In this document: piece after piece, positions 1 to 12,672 of the stretch
Layout: each line of letters opens with the position of its first letter
Numbering within the stretch: the first letter of the stretch is position 1
NCBI GenBank assembly: GCA_013239625.1
Contig: MU056000.1
Span: 10,241,175-10,305,174, forward strand
DNA: 64,000 nucleotides
Source: Lama guanicoe
Taxonomy: Eukaryota
Direction: 5' to 3'
Translations under genes and position numbers: made by a program
Notes under the pieces: model-generated
Seen by the model: the letters and a program-made list of their open reading frames with translations, nothing else
What the model was told of the DNA's origin: nothing
The model's database searches: none

Positions 1-1318
1 TCAGCGGCATTTTTAAGGAAAAACATGGTAAAAGCATTCCAGTTAGTAAACTACAGGGTCTGTTTTGTCACAGTAGGCTTGGAAGTTTATTGAAAAATGA
101 AAATACGTTTTGTTTTCTTGACTTAAACTATAGGAACTTCTTGTACGTATGAAGTTTGTAGACTAAGGGAAACTTAAGTCTGTTTTGAAGGCTAAGTGGT
201 TCACCTTTACAATTCGAGAATTTTCAGTACATTCATTCTTTCCTTTATTATATGAAAGACCTTGGTAGTAGCAGAGAAGGTGGTATGTTCACCATGATTT
301 GGTTCCCCTTAAATGTGTGCCCCTAAGGTGACCTGGGCTAGGGAGTGGTTCTGTGACAGCCGGGGAAGGGTGCATAGCAGGACACACACATGCTCGGTGA
401 CGGGAAGGGCAGGTGACTGGGGAAGCTGGCTGCACACAGTGTGGAATACTGTCTGACCCTTCCCCAAGATGTGCTTGGACTTCGTTTTTAGCCCCAGCCC
501 TTTTCTCAGTGGATTTATTTTTTTCTGACCAGCTGCAGCATCTTCTTTAGCCTCCTTTCTCTGTGCTACATGAATGCCCTCAAACCTGCAGGGACACTTG
601 GTAGCTTTTATGCAGGAAGGAATGGTTTCTTCATTCATCGTGTTTTGAAACCAGTTATTGAAGGAAAACTCAAATTCGCTTAGAACATATTTCATTATGT
701 ATTTTAAAACAAAATTAAAAGTGAGAGAGGGCCAAGAGGAGGAAGTCATGCTAATTAAATGTGTTTGCGTCAAGTCACTAAATATTTTAATATAGCGGAT
801 GAATGAAGAATGGCTAAAAGATTTAGGTTATCAGAATTAATTTTTCTCAAGCAGATCATACAATTTAAAATAACACAGAAGGAGGTAGAAAAAGCACCTT
901 GCTTTGTCATTTAGGCAAATACATGAAGCTTTTTAGAAGTTAACGTTCAGAGGCTCTCCGATGCGGGGCTTACCGCTCGTCACTCCCAGGTGTCCAGCAG
1001 TGCTTTTATTTCTTACTTTATCCAGAGCGTAGCTCTCTCTTTTTTGCAGTGAATTTCTGGCCCTCTGAGGAGCAAGTAATACAAAGGCGATCTCATTAAC
1101 AGCCATCTTTGGAAAGGTGCCAGACCAAGGTGATATCTGCTCAGTGTTGGCTCAGGATTCTTTTTAAGAGTCACACCTGAAAGAAGGCTGGTGGTTTTAA
1201 GTCTCTTTGCAGACCAGGCACTTAGATTCCACAGGGAGTCCTCGAACTCTAGTCTCTTACCCCCAGAGGACAGAACGGACAGCGCTTGTTCCCCCGGAAA
1301 GAGAGAGAAGAGGAGATA

Positions 1319-1580
1319 CAGACCCTTGAACACCCGGGTTTGAACCGCGCAGGTCCACTTCCACGCAGATGTTTTTCAGTAGTAAACCCTGTGGTACCAC
1401 ACGACCCGCAGTTAGTTGAATCTGCAGATGCAGAACCGCAGATGTGGAGGAACCACGGAGGCAGAGGAACTGTGGATGTTCAGGAACCACGGGTGGGAGG
1501 GCTGACTGTAAATTATACATGGATTTTCACTTGTACGGAGGGTCAGTGCCTCTAACTCCCAGTTGTTCAAGGATCAGCCG
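1319..1580. mobile_element. TcMar-Tigger family non-autonomous DNA transposon (MER8/Tigger2-like MITE)
   Basis: Terminal inverted repeats cagacccttgaac ... gttcaaggatcagccg flanked by TA; subfamily from recall. Confidence 0.7.
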
Positions 1581-3439
1581 TATTTTCACGTAGATGGCAA
1601 ATGTTTTATACCTTAAGGCTAAATGCAGAAGGTGGTTGATAGAAGTGTCAGCCTCAATTTCACCATTAAGCCCAGATTTGGAAGCATCCTGGGACCCTTT
1701 TCTCAGTATTTTCCTCTGAAAGAAATTCATGAAATGTTTGACCCACTTTCAGAAAGCTTGAGGACTGATCATCTGTCCTTTTTTTAAAAAATGTTTTTAA
1801 AGTAGTATTGTAGTATTTAAAAGGAATGTTGATCAACCTAACATAAATCTAATTTTATTTTAAGGGAGTTTTTGTTTTCCACCTCAATCTTTCTCTTCCC
1901 TTCAGTATTTTGTAGCTTTTTATTCACATCAGTTCTGATTACACTTCGTCCATCTTTCGGCCTTTGTTATCTGTCCTCCTTTCCTTTTGAATGCATTTTC
2001 CACTGTTCATTCATTCATTCATTCTTTCACTCATTCATTCCAGAGTGTCTTCCAAGCCACCTGTAATATACGAGGGAGGTGTTAGGAAAACGAACAACCA
2101 GCGGAAAAACACATTTCTGCTTTTGTGTGTATCATGCATTTTAGACATGTGTTTGTTTCTCCTAGTGGATGTTAAGTTACTTGAAGACTGGAACCCTGTC
2201 TCACTTATCTTTGTCCTCTGCCTCCCAGACTTAGCCTATAGTCAGCTTGTAGAACAAATGATGTCTATTTCTGGCACATCATTCTGAGATTTCATGATAG
2301 AGGACGTAGCTCCATTTTCAAATATAGCAAAAGCATGACTATTTTCATCCATTCATACTCCAACTTCATTCTCAAAATTAGGTCCCAAGTTAATTGATAA
2401 TTACCTTTGAAATGTGCGGATTAGTGCAGGCAACCAGGTGGTGACATTGAATTCTCAGCCAGAGTTTATTTCTGGAGTTGATTCAGCGGCCTTGAGCTGG
2501 TTTTTGCTCACTTGATGCCCAGAAGCCGTGGTTTCCCAGGAAAGATCATTCCCATTTGAATCCGGCTGTGATTCTTGCTGGGTTAAGTAAAGAAGCCTTT
2601 TGGTTCTGCTTCTGCAAACTTACACACTGAACTGGGACAAGTTTTTGTTTGGGGTAGTGCCTGGGAAAAGAGGAACCTTTCATTTTATTCAGATGTCAAA
2701 AAGAAAGGCCTCCAACCACCTGGAGATTTCTGGGTCCCAGCATCCCAAGCTGGCTTCGTTTTCATGCCTAATGGTCAGGCAGGCAGAGCTCTTTCTCTCC
2801 ACTCTGGCCAGTGCCCGGCCGTCCCCGGAGAGGCAGAGCCAGAGCCGGGGCCCTTGCCCGGGGGCCACGGGGGGTCGCCGCTCCTTGAGTGTGCGGCTTT
2901 CCCCGCCGCCTGCCCTGCTGTCCTCGCTGAGTGTGAAAACGACACAGTGCCTTCTCCACCAGCCACTGCTTCAAGGGCCCAGATCCCTTTCCTCTCCTTT
3001 CCCTGTGGAGAAGCAGCCAGGCACCTGGTGGTTAATTCAGGAAAATTGACTTCAGGTGCCCCATGTCCCTGATGGGGACCCGCTGCCCTCTGAGGGACTT
3101 TGTAACCACCCGTGGTCGCAGCGCAGACCCATTCACGACGCCTGGCTTTGCAGAGAAGGCCTCTTTCCGTTCTGCACGGCATGGCTCTCTGCAGGGAGGG
3201 GACGTAGTCCTTCTCTGAGTGATCCCAGCCTCCCCAGCACCAGGTTCCTCCACATCCCTTTGCCTCCTGTGTAGAGGCCTCTCAAGTTTGGTTCCCAACT
3301 TTCCTGCCTTTAATTTTGACCTTCTCAGCAGTGTTTTTGCTGACGAGCCATCTCTCTCCATTCTCTAAAATGGTTAGCTTTTTGTTCATTCCTGTATATG
3401 TGTGATGCCTTTAAACATATTTCCCAGCTTCTTTTTTTT

Positions 3440-4230
3440 TTAAACTTTTTATTTTGAAATAGTTATAATCATAGAAAGTGAGGGAAAAAAATAAACAAAC
3501 GAGGAGGTCCCTGCATCCTGCTCCCAGCCTCCCCCAGCGGACACATCTCACGTGACCACAGTGCACTGTCAAAGCAGAAAAGTGACTTTGCTACACTCCC
3601 CAGAGCTTCTTCTGGTTTCCCTAGGTGTGCATGCACTCACGTGTGTGCGTGTGCACGTGTGCGTGCTTAGTTTCATGCGGATTTACCGTGTGTAGATTCC
3701 TATAACCCCCACCACATGCAGAGTCGTGTAAGATCACCCATCACCAGCGGGCTCCCTCCTGCCGCCTCCTTCTCCATGCCCAGTCCCTACCCCACCTCTA
3801 ACCCCTGGCAACCCCTCATCTTTTGTTCTCCATCTCTGTAATTTTATTTCACAAATGTTACATAAATGGAATCATATAATATGTACCTTTTTGAGACTGG
3901 CTTTTTCTACTCAGCAAAATTCTCTCGAGACCCACCCCTGTTGTTGCTTCATTTCTGAGTCCTGCTTCATGGAATGGATATGTCATGCTTTCCTGAACCA
4001 TTTACCCTTTAAAGGACAACTAGGATATTTTTAAGTTTTGGCTGTTGCAGAAGAGAAGCTGTGGACCTTCATGTACAGGTTTTTGCAGGAAACTTAGGTT
4101 TTCATGTCTCTGGGATAAATGCCCAGAAGGTCAGTTGCTAGGTCTTTTGGCAAATGCTTACTGTTCTAAAAGAAACGGTGAAACATTTCCAGAAAGGCTA
4201 TAGCATTTTACATTCCCACAAGCAACGATG
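3440..4230 (-). mobile_element. Old LINE-1 (L1M-type) 3' fragment
   Basis: T-rich tail then typical antisense L1 3' text (aaatggaatcatataatatgtacc, ttctactcagcaaaat, gggataaatgcccaga, ttacattcccacaagcaa). Confidence 0.65.
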
Positions 4231-4704
4231 AGTGATCTCCAGCTTTTTAAAATCTCAGAAGTTCAGGATTGCTTTGATATGTTTGTCAGTGAGAAAGATT
4301 AAGATCAAATGCATAATATTTGGGGATGTAAGGTTTACCTTATATAATCAAATCTCAGTTTTTATGTTTAACATTCAATTCTTTGGTTGAACTGTCTGAA
4401 AACACTCTTCAGTGTTTGATTTCTTTAGTTTATTATCTGGTATAGATACAAATGAGCAATTAAGTGGCCGAAAGCAAGAGGAAACTGAGGACCTAGAACC
4501 ATCTACTACGTCACTGGCCCTTGCAAGACTGAGCATTAAATTTAACTTAGGACATTCTGCTGGTTTAGCAACTATGTCTTCACATAGATTGTGGTATCTG
4601 GTTGTTTTTATTTTTAAACTGATGGTCTTCCTGTAGGTGGAAATATAAAAAAAACTAATCAATTATATTTTCTTTCTGTAGAAATGGAATTTTTTCTAAC
4701 AATG

Positions 4705-5680
4705 TATTTTTTAAATTGAAGTATAGTTGATGTACAGTATTATGTTATAGGAATACAATATAGTGATTCACAATTTTTAAAGGTTCTACTCCATATATAG
4801 TTATTACAATATATTGGCTCCATTCCCCATGTTGTACAGCACATCTTGTAGCTTATTTTATACCTGATAGTTTGTACCTCTTAATCCTCCACTTGCACCT
4901 TGCCCCTAACCCTTCCCCTCCCCAATGGCAACTACTAGTTCCTTCTCTACATCTGTGAGTCTATTTCTTTTCTGTTATATTCACTAGTTTGTTGTATTTT
5001 TTTAGATTCCACATGTTAGTTATATCTTAGAGTATTTGTCTTTGTCTGACTTATTTCACTTAGCATAATGCCTCCAAGTCCATCCATGCCATACACCAGA
5101 AACTAATACAACATTTTAAATCAGCTGTACTTCAGTTAAAAAGCAAAGAAACAGCCCATTTAAAATATGGGCAGAAGAACTGAACAGACATTTTTCCACC
5201 AGAGGAAATGCAGACGGCCAACAGGAACAAGAAAAGCTGCTCAACATCACTGATATCAGGGAAATGCAAGTCAAAACCATGAGACACCATCTCACGCCTG
5301 TCAGAATAGCCATCATCAAAAAGAACACAACAAATGTTGGCAAGGATGTGGAGGAAGGGGAACCCTTGAACACTATTGGTGGGAATGTAAATTGGTGCAG
5401 CCACTATGGAAAACAATACGGAGGTTTCTCAAAACCCCGAAACAGAACCGCCATATGGCCCAGCAGTTCCACTCCTGGGCATACGTCCAAGAAAAACAAA
5501 AACATTAATTCAAAAAGATACATACACCTTGCTATTAACAGCAGCAGCATTTATAATTGCCAACATATGGAAGCATCCTAAGTGCACATCAATAGGTGAA
5601 TAGATAAAGAAGATGTAGCACATATATTCAATGGAATACAACTCACCCATAAAAAAGAAGGCTATTTTACCATTTGTGGC
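4705..5680 (-). mobile_element. LINE-1 3' end with internal inversion (minus 4705-5090, plus ~5140-5680)
   Basis: Antisense L1 3'UTR (ttaaattgaagtatagttg...cttagcataatgcctccaagtccatccatg) followed by sense ORF2 C-terminal remnant (MQVKTMRHHLTPVRIAIIKK...). Confidence 0.8.
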
Positions 5681-5754
5681 CCTTTATTCACTGTTTAGTT
5701 TTGTTTTGTTTTTTGTACTTCAAAAACCAGAATTTTGTAACTGGCATAAATATT

Positions 5755-6055
5755 TCCATTGCATCAAAAACAACAAAATACCTAGAAATAAACCTAACCT
5801 AGGAGGTTACCTACACTCTGAAAACTGTAAAACATTGATGAAGGAAATTGAATATGATACACAGAAATGGAAAGATATCTTGTGCTCTTGGATTGGAAGA
5901 ATCAACATTATCAAAATGGCCATACTAACCAAAGCAGTCTGCAGATCCAGTGCAACCCCCATCAAAATACCCACTACATTTTTCACAGAACTAGAATAAA
6001 CAATTCCAAAATTTATATGGAACCATAGAAGAACCCAAATTACCAAAGCAATCTT
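5755..6055 (+). mobile_element. LINE-1 ORF2 fragment
   Basis: [39 protein letters not shown]...[13 protein letters not shown] is L1 ORF2p-like. Confidence 0.85.
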
Positions 6056-6265
6056 TTGCAGGTCTTTTTTTTCCTCTGTCTTCTTTTTGTTCTCTTTTCT
6101 TGTGGTTTAATGGCTAGGGAAGTTCCTTTAATGTTTGTTTTAAAGCTGGTTTGGTGGTGCTGAATTCTTATAGCTTTTGTTTATCTGTGAAGCTTTTGAT
6201 TTCTCCAAATCTGAATGAGAGTCTTGCTGGATAGAGTATTCTTGGTTGTAAGTTCTTCCCTTTCA
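6055..6265 (-). mobile_element. LINE-1 ORF1-region fragment
   Basis: aaagctggtttggtggtgctgaattct...gagagtcttgctggatagagtattcttggttg is antisense L1 ORF1 C-terminal text. Confidence 0.7.
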
Positions 6266-6595
6266 ATAGAATCTTTATTAAAATAATTAAGGAAGTATAT
6301 TACAGTGTAACACATTTCCTGACTTGACCAACTGAGTGGTCCAGGGCGGGCTGTTTTGCGTGCCTCAGCTTTCTCACTACAGAATGGGACTAACAGCACC
6401 TTGGAGGGTTACGGACCAGTTGGGTGAAATTACACACTCACCACCCTAGCTGCCAATAAATCTTCCTTTTTTTCCTCCTCGCCCGTATTATAATGTACTC
6501 AACAAATAATACAGATTTAAATATAATACACAGAAGTATAAATACCTCGGTATAAATACTTGGGTACAATCCTCATACCTTCCTTACTCATCTTT

Positions 6596-6719
6596 TTTTA
6601 GGAAAAGGAGGTAATTAGGTTTACTTATTTATTTATTTTTAACAAAGGTACTGGGGATTGAACCCATGACCTTGTGCATGCTAAGCATGCGCTCTGCCGC
6701 TGACCTATACCCTCACCCC
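6596..6719 (-). mobile_element. tRNA-derived SINE, camelid Vic-1-like, with 20-bp target site duplication
   Basis: Minus strand reads GGGTATAGGTCAGCGGCAGAGCGCATGCTTAGCATGCACAAGGTCATGGGTTCAATCCCCAGTACC (A/B boxes) plus A-rich tail; TSD taccttccttactcatcttt at 6576-6595 and 6720-6739. Confidence 0.85.
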
Positions 6720-7196
6720 TACCTTCCTTACTCATCTTTGAGCAACAGGAAATGTGTCATCTACTTCTGTTGCTCCTTCTCAGAGTAAGCACCTCACTCT
6801 GACCCATAAGGTCACAGTCAGAGCCTTTCTGAGATAAGCACAGCTCCAGCTCTGTCTCCAGCTCCAGTCCTTAGGGTGGAATAGGTGTTGTAAAGAATCT
6901 TTACTCCTGGCCCTGTCCATACTGGCATAAGTTACATTGTGCACGTCACTGACTACTTTTGTTCCCAGCCAAAGCTGCAAAATAAATGAATGATTTTTTG
7001 CACCAAGTAAATATGTGTGAAACATTTGTGTTCTCCAGTGGGCAGAGGGATGTTATTATCTAAAAAGAAAATCCTACCACAGTTTAGTCTAATTCACGTA
7101 AAACATTCTTTTTTTCCTAGAGAATGGTTTAAAACTGGTTTAAATTCATAAAGTTTCTGTTTCTTCACGTTGACCCAATATTTTCAGGTAGAGAAA

Positions 7197-7273
7197 TTTT
7201 TAAAATTTTTTTTATTGAAGTGTATAATTAAATTACAATGTTAGTTTCATGTGTACAGGAAAGTGATTTGGTG

Positions 7274-7317
<44 letters not shown>

Positions 7318-7616
7318 ATACATACATACACATATATTTTCCGTTTCTTTTCCATTATGGCTCATTATAAGATATTGCTATAGTTCTCTGTGCTGTACAG
7401 TAGGTCCTTGTTTATCTCTTTTATATATAGTAGTGTGTGTCTGTTAATCCCAAACTCCTAATTTATTCCTCCCCTCCTTTCCCCTTTGGTAACCATAGTT
7501 TGTTTTCTATATCCATGAGTCTATTTTCTGGTTTATACATAAAATGTGTATTTTTTTTTTCAGATTCCACATATAAGTGACATCATATAATAGTTGTCTT
7601 TCTCTCTCTGACTTAC
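7197..7616 (-). mobile_element. 5'-truncated LINE-1 3' end with TSD
   Basis: T-tail, antisense L1 3'UTR text (cagattccacatataagtga...), TSD caggtagagaaa at 7185-7196 and 7617-7628. Confidence 0.8.
7276..7335. repeat. (AC)n microsatellite with degenerate (CATA) extension, inside L1
   Basis: About 18 perfect AC units followed by catacacatacatacatacacatata. Confidence 0.95.
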
Positions 7617-10600
7617 CAGGTAGAGAAAAAATTTATGTCAATAGAGAAATTAGAAATTAGTGTAGAAAACTGTAGGGAACTCTAATATACCCAACACAGA
7701 GTAGTCACTTAGTACATGATTATTAAATGAATGAATTAATAATATACTAGCTTATCTGTATTTGTAACTCAGTATTACAGCAGGCCTTGAACATGCATCC
7801 TGTGCAGTGACTCCAGATTTTATCATTTGTTATTGAAGGATCACTTCTAAATGGAGTGTCGCAAGGTCCACTTTAATTAGTTGTTCAGAGACTGACCTCA
7901 GTTAAGTTAACCAAGAGGTGAGGCAATTCTACGGAAGTTCAGGGAATGCAACATTATAGGGCTTAAAATGCGCTGCTGGAAATGACCGTGTATGCAGTCC
8001 TGTGTACTGGTTAGACTTGTTTTAGAGCGTGTTTTTAATATTCTTATTTTCTTATGTTGGCGCTCGGCTTCATAAACTAAAGGTGGGAAGGCTTTGGTTA
8101 ATTGAGAGAGGACGTAAACTATCCATGTGCGTTTCTGTCCTCTGCTGCTTATTGCTGATTACCGTTACTGAATAAGCGGTGGAAGGTTGGTCACCAGCAG
8201 TGTTTTGTCAGAGGGATTAAAAGCGGTGGGTAAGGTAGGCCCGCGGAGACTGAAAGGCTTTTTTGGTTTCATTGCTTGTTTCCTGTTCCTTTTCTTTAAA
8301 GCACAGACTTCAGAACCACAGGATCAAGGACGCTTGTGCTTGGAGTTTGGGACCAGTGATGCTGATGGACACAAGTTAATGACCAAATAGATGAAGATTT
8401 TATGAGAATGAACTTACTTCTTTTAAATGAGTTTAAGTCTCTATCCCAAGACAAATTAGATCCTTGGGTTGTGAAAGAACTTGATAATTAGATCACCAAA
8501 CTTGGTCTGTTGATCTCTGAGAAACTGTGGGAAAAGGAAGAGATGCCTGAAGGCTGAGAATGCACTTGTGTGTTTTTAAGGAGGTAGATTTCACATACTA
8601 TTCAGGTCGAGGTCAGGCCTAAGCAGAGTTCTAGAAAAGATAGTCTGTAACTGCCAGGAAAGGAAGATGCAAATGAACGAGTTCTGCCAGGTGAACTTTA
8701 TTTCATTCTTTACCAGGTTTCTGACTTAAGGAAGAGTATGCAGTGAAATTAGTGAGCATTTGACCAGCAGTTGACATTTAATTTGTACTCAAGACAGAAA
8801 CATGGGAGCCGAATGGCTGTGGAAAAGAATCAGCTGAGGGTGTCATTTAACACAGACCAAGGCTGTCTTTATCCACCATACTCATCTCTGAGTAGACCCT
8901 GCCAGGAGGAAAGTGTGACAGCAAGACGTTACTCACACCCAGCACTTGAATAGGGAAGTAGTCTCCAGCCCAGACCCACAATCAAACTGGCTTGCTGACG
9001 AAGGTGGTGATGGAGGTGGTAGACCAGTCCTCTTAGGTGGCCCCGAGGCCAGGCAGCAGATGGTTTTAATCCCTGGTTTCACCTTCTGTAGGGGAGCAGC
9101 CTGTGCTGTCGCTACTGTGAATAGTTATTACAACCTCTTGAGAACTTTTAGGTCCCTGTGGAATATCTGGAGAGATTTTTGCATCCACATTCAGGCACCC
9201 TGAAAACTTATCTTTGTTGTGTTGAGAGCCATTTATCTTGAAAATGGGCAAATTGCCACAAAACCAGGACAGACGTGGTGCCAAAGCAGAAATTGTGGCT
9301 GCACTAAAATCCTTGCAGGTGAGACTTTAGCGGGGGCAGGGGTTGGTTAGACGACATGAGCAGGGCTTGAAGATGCCTCTGCTGTAGACCTCTGTCCCCT
9401 GCACCAAGCCTGGGAGTGGGTGGACTGGCACGGAGGGCAGGCTTATCGAAGTCTAGACCAGGTTCTGCCAAGTATGTTGGATAATAAAATAGGATTCTAA
9501 AAGATCCCAGCAAGAATAATTCCATATCTGTCACAGAAATTTCACCCGTGGGTTTTAATATATGAGTCTGTTTTGAATCAGATGTAGGCAGGTTACAGAG
9601 TAAGGGCCACATAGGTGGCAACAGCGTGTGTTAAAAAATATTCTTACATGTATTCATTGGCAGTGTCCACAGTAATTCCTGCCCCATTGGCTGTAAAAGC
9701 AGTGTCACAACTACGGGGACAATCATCTTTGCTGCTCGCTGCTGCTTGGATCACGTGTGTTGCTGCCTTCAGTGCTCCAGCCCCTAGACTGAGAGGGCGG
9801 AGTGTTCAGAGGAGAGAGAGCTGGTGCTGATGCAACTGGTAGAGTTCAAGGAATAAAGTCTTGGGAAAGGAAGGGCAGACTCCAGGAGTGGGCACTGTCT
9901 CCAGAGACTTGAAGGGCTAAAGAGGAATCACACTTTGACCAACTGCTGACGTTTTTTCGGGGAGACTGGGTTGCTCTCAGAATGACCTGGGCTGGGGAGG
10001 AGATTTTCTCCAACTTGACACATCAGGGAGCATCAGTTGCTGAAGCGAGGGTGTCTTACCCATTGGGGATGTTGCAGAATAAAAAGAAAATTAAAAGTTC
10101 TTCATCTCAGAATCTGTTTTTAGCAAATTAGACTTGATGTAAATATCTGGGTAGTTGAGGTTCCAGCACTGACCTTGATCTGTGTGTCCGCCCTGGGTCC
10201 TGGCTTCCACCCTCCAGTGCCCGATGTCCACGTGGTATCCCTCCCTAACACGCTGCCCTGACACGCTCCTGGTTTCTTCTCCTTTTCTCTCTTCTCTTAC
10301 ACATGTTGCCTTGGTTTTACTTCATGATACTGACTTTGACTTGCCTTCTGCCTGCCTCCCTCACATCCTTCATACATTTCCTTTCGTCATATTAAGATCT
10401 ATTTTTGTCACCCCCCCCCCAAAGAATAACCCAGTACTCCTGAAACCCTTACTCCCACTCAGGTGACAGGCGCAGTTGGCCATTTCAGGCTGCAGAGCTG
10501 CTGTTCACGGCTGGACCAGTTCCCCTGTGATCCTTGCTTCCTCTCCCTGAAACCAAACCACGCGTTCTCTGCATAGCGGGTGCCCTCTGAAATTCTGCCT

Positions 10601-10759
10601 GTGAGTCACCCTTGAAACCACCTACTTCTGCTCTGGCTGTTACACTTCCCACACTGGTCCTTCAGCTCACCCATCCCCTTTGGTACTGAATGATTGTCTT
10701 GGTCAAAAGCAGAGGGTAGGGAAGCAGGTGCCAGTGGAAGTGGCTTCTGTTGATGAAGT

Positions 10760-10925
10760 GCTCATGGGACTCGAGCACTTCCCTACGTCTCTGGTCGTTT
10801 CACTCAGTTCTCAAACTGGCTCTGCCTGTTAGGGAAGATGTACGTGGGCAAATGACTCCGTGTCATAGATGAGAAAACTGAAGGTAGAGAATGCCAAGGA
10901 CTTTCCCCAGGTCACATGGGGACAA
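10760..10925 (-). mobile_element. MIR SINE fragment
   Basis: MIR core-like atagatgagaaaactgaagg...ccccaggtcacatgg. Confidence 0.5.
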
Positions 10926-11441
10926 GGGTCCTCTCTGATGTGTTGTGCTCCCACCTCCAGAGGGACCAGGCTTGTGGCTTGTGTGCATCTCTCAGACTGT
11001 GCATCTGAGAGAGGCTGCAGCCAGAGCCGACCCCAGAGCTCGGGGCTCCGATCCAGCCACCCACTGAGTCAGCTGGAAGTTGATTCCTTCCCCGGGATCC
11101 CCCACCCCTGCGAGTTCCTCTCAGAGCTCTCTCTAGTGAGGAAGGGGCTTTTTCAGGGGCTTTCTCCCAGCAGAACTTCAGTTCCTTCTTTGGGCTCCAC
11201 TCAGCACAGGGGTGTGGGGCAGGGGCTGGGTTGGGGGTGCGCCTAGATCAGACCCAGCCGGATGCTGGATCTGAGACCAGCCTCTCCCGCATCTTTATCA
11301 CAGGACTTTTCTCCCCGCAACCCCACGTGTCTTCCTAGCCCAGCCTTCTCTGTGAATCTTTGTGTGTGGGTAAGTCTGTGCACACCTGCACCCCATTCTG
11401 GGCTGAGTCCGAGTTCTGAGTGCTCCTGGCCACAGCTTGCA

Positions 11442-11460
11442 TGGCCTCTAGGGGGCAGTG
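11442..11460 (+). promoter_or_regulatory. CTCF-like motif
   Basis: TGGCCTCTAGGGGGCAGTG versus core CCASYAGRKGGCRS. Confidence 0.55.
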
Positions 11461-12404
11461 TAGCCTAACTGGCTGCCTGGCCATCCCCTGGCTGTGGGCA
11501 TGATTCTCCTAGAAGCAGATTCCATGCTGCTGAGAACATGGATAGAATGCAACTCCCCTCTTGCTTTTGGGCAAAAATTTATCTTTTTATTGTAAATTAA
11601 TGGCATGCACAAAGTTCAATCTTTTTCACCCTTAGGAAGTTGATGATAAAAATTTCACAGATGTCCTAGAGACTTTTTCTCATTCATTTATTCAAAGATT
11701 ATTTTAGGCAGCATATGTACTACTTTAAAGGCTTAAAAATAGGTTTTGCGTGAATCATACTGCGTTATGATATGCCTCAGTTCATCGTCAGTTGACTTTA
11801 GAAATGGCCTTTCTTGGACACGTTCCTTTCCAAATTAAATGAAAATATTTCCTGTAGGACCAGACAGGAATTTTAAAGGGGCAGAGGAACTTTGGGCATT
11901 TGAATCATGGGTTTAAATGTAGCCTTGCTCCGTCTACCACGGTTATTTTTCCCTTTTCAACTATGTGAAGCCCGGATCCATCCCTGTGGCCTCCTCTACA
12001 GCTCAGCCCCTTGCTGGTTCCGCAGCTGGCCGGGCGGTGTGCACCCTCCAGCATGGATGCGTGTGGAGATGTCCAGGGTGTTGAGGGAATAAGCTGGTTC
12101 TTTCAAAGCTTACCAGGAGGAAAGAACAGGGTCTGAACCATAAACACTCATGGCCCTTCCCAGAACGAAGTGGAATTGAGTTCTGTAGAATCTAATGGAC
12201 TAGTTTCAGCACCTTTTCCTCATACTACACTATTTTCTAGGTGTAAAAAGATTTAAAGGTGGGATGATGTTAAGTTTACCAGACCAAGTGACATATTTTG
12301 AACAACTGGGAGGAACCTGGACGTTTGAAAAATATCCAGAGAAGGAACACTTTTAAAACTTTGTGATTCTTACTAGAATTTTACAAGAACAAAACTATTC
12401 TAGT

Positions 12405-12625
12405 GGCTAATGTTTACTTATTTCTTTACTCTGTGTGTATCGTCTTGTTTAGTCTTCTCAGCAGCTCTCTACGGTAGGCATTATTATACCCATTTTATAG
12501 ATGAGAACACTGAGACATGGACCCCAGTAAATAAGTTGCCCAGAATCACACCTTAGGAAATGTTAAGTCAGGATTTGAACTCAAGCAATCTGGCTTCAGA
12601 ACCCATGCTCATAATCATTGTCCCA
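12405..12625 (-). mobile_element. MIR SINE
   Basis: attatacccattttatagatgagaacactgag...ttgcccagaatcacac...ggatttgaactcaagcaatctggcttcaga. Confidence 0.8.
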
Positions 12626-12672
12626 TATTACCTCTTATGAAAAGTATTTTGTTTTAATTATTTATCGAGATA

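Noticed and set aside
5264..5999. ORFs resembling reverse-transcriptase protein C-terminus
   Set aside because: Degraded L1 ORF2 remnants with stops and frameshifts, not a functional gene.
6640..6715. tRNA-like sequence on minus strand
   Set aside because: It is the head of a SINE with A-rich tail and TSD, not a tRNA gene.
11209..11238. G-run clusters (also ~13025-13056 and ~44687-44716) able to form G-quadruplexes
   Set aside because: Common in GC-rich introns and repeats; nothing links them to function here.
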